Source of the DNA: Octopus bimaculoides
Taxonomy: Eukaryota
DNA: 64,000 nucleotides
Reading direction: 5' to 3'
Assembly: GCF_001194135.2 (NCBI RefSeq)
Contig: NC_069000.1
Coordinates: forward strand, 798,275 to 862,274
The notes beneath the pieces were generated by a model. It worked only from the letters and a program-made list of their open reading frames with translations. It made no database searches and was not told the origin of the DNA. The position numbers were made by a program, and so were the translations under genes. Below are positions 37,101 to 47,406 of the stretch, one piece after another. How positions within the stretch are numbered: the stretch's first letter is position 1; every line of letters begins with the position of its first letter.

Positions 37101-38306
37101 AAGAAAATAAAGCAAAGAATACAATGGTTAATAAGGGGAGAAAGTTCATAGAAAATTATAAACGTTGATTTCCGAAGTTAGACGAATAAACCAGTGCCAA
37201 CGAGAGAACCCCTACGTGTTCATTTGATATGGTAGAAATAACAGTCAAATCTCTCTCGAATCACATATCAAAAGAAAGGACGAATTGTGTGAAGTAGTCC
37301 GAGATAGGATCGTGCAAAAACAAATGGGATGGTCACTTTTAGAATGCTTTTAATCATGGGGCTGTCTGTCGACCTGATTGGAGACAGACCTGGGGCTAAA
37401 CGACACGATTGCTTGACCTGGTAAAAACAATCTTCCTCGAGTCACCCACCCACCCTGATATTTGAAAAGAAGGACATTAAATACTGCATCGTCCCAGATA
37501 CGATGATACTGTGGTGAGTTGGCCACGGTTGGTCTGTCTACTAGAACTGACCGGAAGGAAGCGGGATGAAATAAACAGCAACAATCAGCCAACGAGGGAA
37601 ACTACGCGGTGCTGCTAGAAATACCAGTCAAAACCACACATGAAACAGAGGAGTCCTGTACATATATATATGACGAGACAACAAAGAGTGGATGGCCACG
37701 GCTGGGACACTACTGATAGCTCTATCTGCCCGACTCTGTCAATCTGATTCGATCCTATCTCTGGGTTCACATGCAGGCTGGAGCGGGGAGCTCAACAACA
37801 GCAACAACAACACGAACCAACGAAGGGGCGAACCTCTACCCGATCACTCGACCTGCTAGAAATAACAACCAAATTACCCTCAAATCACACCAGACTGACT
37901 TTAAAAATATAAAAGGACGGAAGGACACATCGGATAATGAAATTTTGGAAAGGATTGCACTATGTCTAACACATGACAAAAAAAAGGGATGGTCACGGGT
38001 GGAACATTTGATCATAGGTCATGCCTGCCCTGCTCCCGATGTCGGGGCTGACCGAAGCAGGGGGGGGGCGAAAAACAACAACAACAATAAAGGAAAGAGA
38101 GAGAGAAAGAAAGAGTATAAATGAGTGAGAGAGAGGGAGCGAGTGAGGGAATGAAATGTGGTTCTCGCTACTCTGTATATATATATATATGTATGTGTTA
38201 TATTATTATTATTATTAGTATTATATTATGTTATTATATTGTATGAGACTGAGACAAGACAGACAGCTACACACACACACGGTAGGCAATTTAATTGGAG
38301 GCTCAC

Positions 38307-38350
38307 CTCACATACAGACGCTGTCACTCTTCGTCAAAATGGCGGGCGGC
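38307..38350 (-). other. PKNOX: Probable non-coding exon 1 of PKNOX
   Basis: Strong donor GAG|GTGAGC at 38307/38306 directly below a YY1-type CCGCCATTTT motif and a motif-rich promoter. Exon 2 has an acceptor at 34210. The TSS position is approximate. Confidence 0.6.
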
Positions 38351-38412
38351 GATCATCACTGCACCCGCCCCGATCACGTGATCCAATGACGTCACCGCAG
38401 GCGGTTCCAATA
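38336..38412 (-). promoter_or_regulatory. CpG-rich PKNOX core promoter
   Basis: YY1-like AAAATGGCGG near 38337, GC box CCCGCCCC 38364-38371, palindromic ATCACGTGAT E-box 38373-38382, CCAAT 38383-38387 and 38407-38411, CRE TGACGTCA 38387-38394. Confidence 0.7.
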
Positions 38413-38586
38413 AGCTTCTCTCTTCTCTCATATTCATGTCTTGTGATGTTTTAGTCTTATTCTTTCATGTTTTATTTCATTTGTTTTGTTTTATTGATTA
38501 AAATTTTTTTTATTTTGCAATATTTTTCTGGGACCCAGAAAGGGTGTTCCCTAGTCTTGAAATGTCTTGTCCCGTTTGTGATAGAG

Positions 38587-38636
<50 letters not shown>

Positions 38637-38825
38637 TTCAAATTTTGCCAAGGTTAACTTTACCTGGCATTCTCTGGGGTCGATAAAATAAAGTACCAGT
38701 CAGGTATTGAGGTCGATCGCTTTTGACTGACCTCCTTCCTCCATATTGCTGGTGTTGTGCCAAAATTAGAAAGTCTTATTTATTTATAAAATATTTTTAT
38801 TAATATTTAGCAGAACCAACCGATT

Positions 38826-38932
38826 GACTTAAAGCCCGGGAGTTTCGTGCGTTAGCACATCAAACTTAGGATTACACCAGTTTGATAAGTACCAACGCAC
38901 GAAACGCTCGGCCCTTAAGTCACTCTGTTGCT
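38826..38932. repeat. 107-bp imperfect inverted repeat
   Basis: TGACTTAA/TTAAGTCA, GTTTCGTGCGTT/AACGCACGAAAC and ATCAAACT/AGTTTGAT blocks around a 12-nt loop. Confidence 0.85.
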
Positions 38933-39093
38933 TTTTTAAATGTTTATATATATATATATATATATATATACACCACAGTAAGCACATAAATGCGAAGCAA
39001 GGTGAGAAAAAGTAGTACTCGAATACCGGAGGTAGAGTAATATGCTTTATTTATTATTAAAGGCGCAAAAACATCACAAAAATATCACAAAAT

Positions 39094-39135
39094 AACTGCT
39101 ACTCAGAGTTTCACGTTCCCGTTCGTCGGACAGTT
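39094..39135 (-). ncRNA. Minimal type-I hammerhead-like motif with U4C core variant
   Basis: Minus strand: AACTGT-CCGACGA-ACG(GGAA)CGT-GAAA-CTC-T-GAG-TA-GCAGTT. 6-bp stem I with one G.U pair, GNRA-capped stem II, palindromic stem III, GUA triplet. Confidence 0.65.
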
Positions 39136-39289
39136 TAGATTGAGATTCTCACTCTAAACTGTGATATTTTTTTGTTGTTCTTGCTACTTGAATAATGTGT
39201 TTTGAGTTCTAGTTTTCTTGTATGTATCATCAAACCTATTATTTCTTCACCTTTGGTGAACGTAGCTTTGACCTGGTAGGATTTATATT

Positions 39290-40055
39290 GAACGGTGTGG
39301 CATCCAACGATCATCAGGTGTTTCAATCTTGAACCGTAATACTCTCCTGTAGGTGGGTCAGCAGAGGTGGTCAAATCACTGGACATCATCATCTCCTGAT
39401 TTACAGCTTAACTTCTCTTTCTTACTTCATAACCAACAAGTGGCTCTTTACGTTGCTTCAACCATTCTGCACACAGCTACTTTTACCACTTTTTTTCTTA
39501 TTTCACTGACTGTATGCGTTTCCCACGCTGACTGGGCAAAGAATTTTCAACAACCAACCTCATTTGAAAATAGCCATGATCGCCATAGCCTCAACCTGCA
39601 ATCCTGCAAAATGTTCTGGTACTTGACGTGCTTCTTCTATTCAAAGGCTTGGTCGCACCTCTATACCCACGGAACTGTAAGTTCAATCAGGATTATCTAC
39701 CTTGCCTTGTCAGACCACAAACCCATGACCAGTCTCAGGCTTATTTGAACGACTTGGCTAAATTGAAGCTTTTCCTCAAGTCTACTTCCGTATCCCACGA
39801 TTGGTTTTCTTTGCAGTAAACTGTTTCTTCCTTTCGCTGCAGTCAGCACCTTTTCTCCTTTTCCCACGAACTTGAATGGTGGTATTACTTTCTCTCTGCT
39901 GTTGGCGTTTCTTGTGTCTTATAGTTTCAGGGTGTGAGCAAGTGTCGCAGGTGTCTCTAGCACCTTCTCATGGCCCACTTGTACTTTCCATGGGTAAGCA
40001 CCGTTTCGTATCCTGACAAGGTGTCAGAGTACCCCTTTCTTCACAAAGCCAACAC
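39290..40055 (-). mobile_element. 5'-truncated RLE-clade non-LTR retrotransposon (HERO/NeSL-like): CCHC knuckle plus restriction-like endonuclease
   Basis: CWLCEERGTL..LSG...KYKW(R)HEKVL, then LWSDKAR*IILIELTVPWV*RCDQAFE*KKHVKYQNILQDC...NEVGC*...RATCWL*, with stops and frameshifts. Confidence 0.8.
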
Positions 40056-42859
40056 ATCTGGTACCTAACGAGAACATGAAATACGAAAACATGGAAAACG
40101 AACTTTGGGGGCGAACAACGAAACAAATAGAGAAACGAGACAGGCAACATAAAGAACAATCCCTTCATCAGTTGTCCACTGTTTTATCTACTCCGCATTT
40201 CGAGCATTAGAACAAGATGCGCCTTCGTCAAAACAGTTGCTCCCGCAAAGCAAATTAAATAAAATTTGGGATTTGCANNNNNNNNNNNNNNNNNNNNNNN
40301 NNNNNNNNNNNNNNNNNNNNNNNNNNNNNNNNNNNNNNNNNNNNNNNNNNNNNNNNNNNNNNNNNNNNNNNNNNNNNNNNNNNNNNNNNNNNNNNNNNNN
40401 NNNNNNNNNNNNNNNNNNNNNNNNNNNNNNNNNNNNNNNNNNNNNNNNNNNNNNNNNNNNNNNNNNNNNNNNNNNNNNNNNNNNNNNNNNNNNNNNNNNN
40501 NNNNNNNNNNNNNNNNNNNNNNNNNNNNNNNNNNNNNNNNNNNNNNNNNNNNNNNNNNNNNNNNNNNNNNNNNNNNNNNNNNNNNNNNNNNNNNNNNNNN
40601 NNNNNNNNNNNNNNNNNNNNNNNNNNNNNNNNNNNNNNNNNNNNNNNNNNNNNNNNNNNNNNNNNNNNNNNNNNNNNNNNNNNNNNNNNNNNNNNNNNNN
40701 NNNNNNNNNNNNNNNNNNNNNNNNNNNNNNNNNNTATATATGTATATATATATATATATATATATACAAATGATATATGAGCATATGTATGTATACATAC
40801 AAATTATGTACCTACATCTAATATTAACTTTAGTATTTAGGAGTTATCTCCCTTCCCATGCTTTAATTAAATCATTATAAACATTCATTTTCTTCATTTT
40901 GGGATCAATTTTCATAAATAGCATTGTTTTCTTTTACTCACTGCATATAAGTTGTTACTTAACTAATTGTTGGTGTCATTTATTTCAGCCCTAAGTCTAT
41001 ACCAGTGAAGTAAACGAGCACAGAAACCGGGTAGCGGAATTGTTTGCGAGTGTGTGAGCACACGTTTATATATAATTATGTGTTTCTATTTATGTACAAA
41101 TGCGTGTATATGTGTATTTAGATATAAGCATGTGAGAATTGTGTGTGCATGCGTGCATTTATATGTGGACGTGTACCTGTGTGTTAGTGAACGGTGCGCG
41201 CCTGTATATTTTAGTATATTTGTACGTACACATGTGTGTTAAATAATCCCACCTTCTTCCCCGAGCAGTGGATCAATGACAGACACGCCGCCTGTCAGTC
41301 AAGGGAAAAACGATCGATCAAAATCCGAACGACCAGCCGTGGGGAGGCCCCCTTTGCCTGTCATGCTGCGCTGAGTAATATGTATGTGTGGCGTGTATCT
41401 AAGAGTGTGAACGTTCTTATATGAGAAAGGGGGAGTAGTATGGGATGATAGGAGAAAGGAGTGGTGGCGGGAGGAGATGGCAAGGAAGAGGCGGTGAAAG
41501 AACGAAAGAAAGAAAGAGATAAGACTGGATGGTTGCGGTGGTTATTCAATTGATTCGAATGTAGGAAGGTGGGGGAGTTAAAAAAATAATGGTGCTTATG
41601 TATATATGTGTGTGTGTGTGTGTGTGTGTAAAATAATAACAGTGAAATAGATGAAGTGTCGTACTAGGTGGCAAAGTTGTATAGTAACTGCCGGAATCGA
41701 AAGAATTGCATAAACGAACATTACACTCGATTGAACCAACTCGGGAGTTCGACCTACGAGAACGATCGGCAGAATTTCGGTTAATACACACTCAACAGTC
41801 TTCAGTAAACAAGGATACATTGGACGATGTATTCCTTGATATACAGGGCAGTCTTATTAGCAAGTCTCTTATCATAGGTCTCCGTGGTCAGGAGTGACCA
41901 TATATTAAATAATTATAACCCCGACACAGGTATGGATTGGAGATGAATGGAACCTTCGTAATATTGGTAAATGAATTGTGACATTAGCACAAACCCTGAA
42001 GATTTGCAAAAGTAAATCTGAATAATGGGAGCGAATCGATCGACCCGAGTACACGTATATTAGTTATTTCATTGGACCCGGAGAGAAAAACTGCGGAATT
42101 TGAAGTCAAAACTCATATTGTACGGCATATTTGTTATCCCATATTACGAACTCGAGACTACACAATTGTAACATGAATAGCTTTAAATTTTCTGTTGGGG
42201 AAAAATAAAACACACACACTAATACTTCAACAATCAAATTATCCAAAATGTGTACAATTAATTTTCTTAATTATAAAATACATAATTATATAAAATATAT
42301 AACTGTATGCAATGCATTAACAAGGATGGTAGTGTTGACGAAGAACTCTTTCATACGTATATTATTTTATTCCTTTGTTTCAATTTTTATTCTTTTGAGT
42401 TTACGATCGCAATATAAAGCGATCGCCGCCTCTATATTATGAAATACAAAATGGAATTTTCATGTCGTTTATATATTACTAAAATGGGAAGGGTTTTTTT
42501 TTTGTTTTGTTTTTTAGATTGCCTGTCCTTTCGGATACATTGTTTTTTAGCTCAAGTCAGCCTTGATCGAGTTGGCTTATAAAATCAAGTTTTCCAAACA
42601 CGACAACCCTAGTTCTCTCTTTTTTCTATATGTAGACAATGTATTAATCATTTTTATTGCCTAAGTAGTTCCATGACCATAGCCATTCCAGCAGCTATGA
42701 CTACATCGTCTTATTTTCAAGAGTCAAGTGCATCAGAATTATTCTTCCTTATGCCCTTTATTATGATAGTGTGTGTTCGGGAGATTGACTGCTATAGCTC
42801 GCATGGCAAACGACCATATAGAGGCTCCCTTAAATATGTTATTATTGTTATTTAGACCC

Positions 42860-43614
42860 ATGTTTGTCATATAGAGAAGACCTATGATTAAAGACGTTCC
42901 AATTGTAACCACCTTATTTTTTTTACCAGGGACCAAACTGCCCAATGTATTTTTATTTAAACTGGCAGAACATGGTTTGAGTGGAATTTATGTTATATCT
43001 AGCAAATTAAGGGATCACATCGAGATTCCCTCGGCTCTTTTCAGGCTTCATTCGTCGCTAACAAATGACAATTTCTCGTGGTTAATGTACAAAATAACGG
43101 TAAATGTTGAGTTTCCGTTCGTAAAAGAAAGTAAAGGGACATAACTAAATACACCCCAATATGTTAGATTCTTCACTCACCCTTGTCACCCATCGTCAGC
43201 TTTATCTGTTATTTACAACTGATTTCTAGCTTCGCTTTGGAGAAAATGGTTATTTACTCGACTTCGTCCTCTCAACGATTAGCCGGAGATGATTTTTTAA
43301 AATGAGAATATCTGAAATAAACTCAACTGCTCTCACAAAAGGGAATACACAGAGAGCCATGATCACAAGTTATGCAGATGATACAAAACACCCCGTCCTT
43401 CCTTATTCATCTATCACCCCTTCCTTTCTCATTCACAAACACAAGGGTATTATTATAGTAGATTATCTCGGTAACCATGGGAGCTATGAAAAAATACAAA
43501 GCCCAGCAACACTACCAGATCATTCTAGAGAACTGTGTAAATTTTTGCACAATTCCACCCAGCTGTTTGACCGTGAATCCCAAGACAAGAAAGAATCTCC
43601 CATGTCAAATTTAT

Positions 43615-43645
<31 letters not shown>

Positions 43646-43720
43646 CAGACATTTCTTGACAACATTCAGAATTGCGACCAAGTGAGACTCAACTAAACTG
43701 TAACTCTCTGATGGCTGCAA
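42860..43720 (+). mobile_element. Highly decayed LINE RT remnant
   Basis: SYADDTK at 43368-43388 and a KLAEHGLSG-like segment upstream. Heavily disrupted. Confidence 0.55.
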
Positions 43721-44297
43721 CTAAATTTTGTGCAATGCCATCATTTGTCTTCTTAAAGTAGCCCAGATGTGACTTTTCAGTCCTGCTAAGACCTACATTA
43801 TTTTGCACAATTAAAGCTGCGGCAACAATGGGCACATCTTGCATCTACTGCTCAGAGAATACCTTCATTCCATGATGGAATTTTTCATTGAATGTTTTAA
43901 CTTTTTTTTCAATTATGGCCAGCCATATGATGGAACATATAACTGTGATGCCTGTTCCTGAAGCTTTATGAAATGTGAAAAGCCTTGCATTGGGCCAATC
44001 CCACTCTCTCAACAACAAATACATTCGCTCCAAAGAAGAGATAGTCTGCATTTCTGGGTACAAACAAGGACACCAGTTTTGCAATAGAATTCTGCTTCAC
44101 CAAGAAAGATATCTAAACAACTAATCAACTGGAATCACTTCAAGCCAGTGCCATCCCCTAAGATTAACCCAGTCCTGTGACTGAAAGAAAAAAGAAAAAC
44201 ATAAAAATCAAATAATTTCAAAGCCTTGGTTGTTGTTTATTGCGAAATTTGTAAATTACTGAAACAAGTTGTGTTCAATGCAAATAACTTCCTGGCA

Positions 44298-47200
44298 CTA
44301 TGCAGGATCATCAAGGTTTTTGTTGCTCAGGTAGAATTGGTGGAGGAACTCCCTTTGTACGTTAAAGATTCGAGCATGAGCACGGCAAGAGACAATATGG
44401 TGCCAGGCTGTCACATCGTCCCACCCATTTGCCTGAAATGAAACAAAGATACATATGTTTTAACTTTTTATATTTATTTATGTTATGTTTGGGAGAAGTG
44501 ATCAACTAAAGCTTATAAACAGACTCACTGGTGGCTGCTTGTTTACACTACATTTCTTTTTCTTTTTCAAAACAGTCCATGCTTATTTATGTTCCCACCA
44601 CCACCATGCACACACACACCCAAACATCCAGCAATAGAGTAGTCACCACTGATGAGATTTAATTTTAAGTGAAACTAGACTAGTATGGTGACCTCACTCA
44701 CTGTGGGGTGGTTATCCCCCCTGTCAGTGCACAGACGTGCTTTTTTGTGGCTCTAAGGGTCTTTGACTTTTATTTCTAGCAATGTAAGTGCTACCCTGCA
44801 CCCTCAATCACAATTAGTGACACTTGAATTTTTCCTTTTTGGTTTTATATTGTGTATAGCCACCTTCGTTATTTTATATGTATATAAAAAACAATACCTC
44901 AATGCATATTCATCCAACCCTTGCCAATAGGGAAAAACAGACATAATATAAATAGCTGCAAGCTAAATAAATAGTACAAAGAATGTTATCTAGTGCTCTA
45001 CCAACTCTGCTCTACACCATCTGATCCCAAATTTATGATAATGTCAGTGGTATGTGATAGAACTGCTGTGTGTTGTGATATTTAAGACAAACAGACAGAA
45101 TATTCAATGAAGCCAGCAAAAAAAATGAAAGGAAAAATGAATTTTAGAATTTGGTCCAATATTTTCTAATACTTACCTTTATCAAATAACAAGCAACAAT
45201 TGTGGAACTTCGTGTCCGACCAGCTTTACAGTGGACATAGACAGATTTACCCTTCTTCTTGTAACGATCAATAAAATCCAGAGCTTCTGAGATTTGTTCA
45301 TTAGAAGGAGTTCCCACAAAATCAACAATTTTCAGTCTAAGATACTCTACTCCCATTTGTCGCCATTCCTGCAAACAGTAATTTGGTGAGGAAAGTAAAC
45401 TTAAATTGTAGTAGTAGTAGTAGCAGTAGCAGTAGTAGTATATCCAGAAAATTCATCAGACTTTTGAGGATGATACCATGGACAAAACTTGAATTAAGGA
45501 GTGGCACAACATGCATCAGTAAAAAGTGATCAATGCATTGCATTTGAATGGAGGATTTGTGCATGTGGAGAGTGTTGGCAAAATTCATCCCTAAGGAGAA
45601 GCAACTTGGCATGGAAATTGCTCGGGACATGTCGGATGGAGCAAACCCTGACTCAGACTTCATGATGACCATCATCACTGGTGATGAGAGATGGGTTTAG
45701 GGTCTCTGCTCAGTGCATTTGGTCATCTTGCATGAAAACGAAAATCTGACGAGAGGTCACTACACACCTGTACTCTAGGCATAGCAGCCAGGAATTGATG
45801 TGACCTACCAGCAACAAATACTGCAAATCTCTAATAGTTATGCCAGTCTTCTAATATAGGCACAAGGCCAGCAATTTTGAGGGGAAGGGGTGGGTAGTCA
45901 ATTACATTGGTCTCAGTACTTGATTGGTATTTTGTTTTGCTGAGAGAGATGAAGGCAAAGTTGACCTGAGTGAAATTTGAATTCTGAACATAAAGAACTG
46001 GCAAAAAATACTGCAAGGTATTTCTTTTGTTTGGCAAAAACCTCAGTTAGATTCTGATTATTTGTTTCTTTTAATTAGTATAAGAACAGGTACATACAAG
46101 AAGACAATAACAAGAGAGGAAAATCTGTGGTTTATACAAAAAATAGGAAAAGAAAATCACAAAAGTAAATCAAGCCTAAATTGACAATTATTGATTGTAG
46201 AAACCCTTTAACATTTGGATTCTTCTGTCAAATAAAATGCATATTTATTCATTGCTTTGAATTAATCAGGCATTATCTTGTAGCTTACAAGATTTTGATA
46301 AGGTAATTGTATATTTTTAGAATGATATTGTAGGGTAGGTGTGAGAGGCTGGATCTGGCCAATTTGAACATAAAAGGGGTAGAATATTCTAGCTGGTTTA
46401 AATGCTAAAGGGTTAAACACAATAACTTGATTGGAACTTTATTTCGACTCCTCATTCTTCCAGGAAGATGAAAGTCAACCCAAAAGTGATTAGTTATTTC
46501 ATAATAATTAAAATAAAAACAAAATTTTGAAGCTCAAGACGGATATTTACCTCCTCTGTCGGTGTGAAATGTTTAATTTCATGGTCCAGGTTGGCCGAGA
46601 TTATACCACGAACATTTTCTTGATTAATAAGCTGCAAATAAAATTTAACTCAAGTTTGATAAACAAATAGGGGCCAGCATGCCTGTGGAGCAAGGGACAG
46701 TTTGGTTTCCTATTCAGTTATCTCACTGCATGGAACCTTGGTGAAATGGCCTTTACCACAGCCTTGGAATAATGGAATAATTGCTTTCCTAAATTTGTCG
46801 TTATTTTCAAAATTAATTTCAACACAGAGTATTTCATTAAAAATATGGTAATTGAGAGGTTATAATGAGAAGCTATTCAGTTCCAAAGTTCAATGGTGCC
46901 ATGCCTCTGGAACCAGTTTCCTTGTGATAGTTTACCTGACTGGATACCCAACACAGAAGAATGCAACTGCCATTACACACACACACAAACACATAATACA
47001 ACAAAAGAGTACAACCAGACCTCATAAGAAAACAAACTGATGCAATAGAAATCCAGGAGGAGTTTGGCAGGGTTTCTTACTGCCGGATGCTCTTCCTATC
47101 GATAACCACTCAACAGAGTATTCTCGGTGCTTTTTACATGGTCACATCTGAAAGATTCTTGATAACAAAAGAGTTGACCCAGGGCTAAAGAACAACAGGA

Positions 47201-47406
47201 CTAATAACAGTGAAAATAAATGTTTTTGAACTGCAAAAGAAGCTCACCGTTTTGGTGATGGGCCGCAGGGGTAAGGCCCCCAGGATGACAGTCTCATCAA
47301 TACGATCATACCAGTTGCGACTGCTTACTTTGGACATGCAGTAGTTGTAGAATAGTGAAGGGTAGAAAGCTACTCGTGAAAAGACGTAGGAACCGATCCA
47401 TGGCAT
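44298..47406 (-). CDS. PTPMT1: Mitochondrial phosphatidylglycerophosphatase / dual-specificity phosphatase PTPMT1, 188 aa
   Basis: Exons (-): 47406-47248 ([18 protein letters not shown]...[15 protein letters not shown]), 46631-46551 ([11 protein letters not shown]), 45368-45177 (catalytic [10 protein letters not shown]), 44432-44298 (TAG). All introns are phase 0 GT-AG. AATAAA about 60 nt after the stop. An acceptor at 47465 implies an upstream 5' exon. Confidence 0.95.
44642..44692 (+). ncRNA. Minimal type-I hammerhead ribozyme motif with canonical core
   Basis: GTCACCA-CTGATGA-G-ATTTA(ATTT)TAAGT-GAAA-CTAG-A-CTAG-TA-TGGTGAC: 7-bp perfect stem I, CUGAUGA and GAAA cores, palindromic stem III, GUA cleavage triplet. 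Confidence 0.75.
45550..45790 (+). mobile_element. Internally deleted mariner remnant in a PTPMT1 intron
   Basis: Translates as [15 protein letters not shown]...[16 protein letters not shown], matching the mariner TGDETW first catalytic Asp region. Confidence 0.75.

Noticed and set aside
39295-39335. GAAACAC-CTGATGA in the HERO-like 3' UTR as a ribozyme
   Set aside because: No room for stems I and III between the core halves, and no stem II partner.
40160-40240. Fifth hammerhead (TTGACGA...GAAA with ACTGTTTT/AAAACAGT; nearby CTGATGA)
   Set aside because: The core lacks C3, stems II and III are poor, and the NUH site is out of register. At most a heavily decayed relic.
41760-41810. Minus-strand CTGAAGA...GAAA hammerhead-like match
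   Set aside because: No stem I complementarity; chance match.
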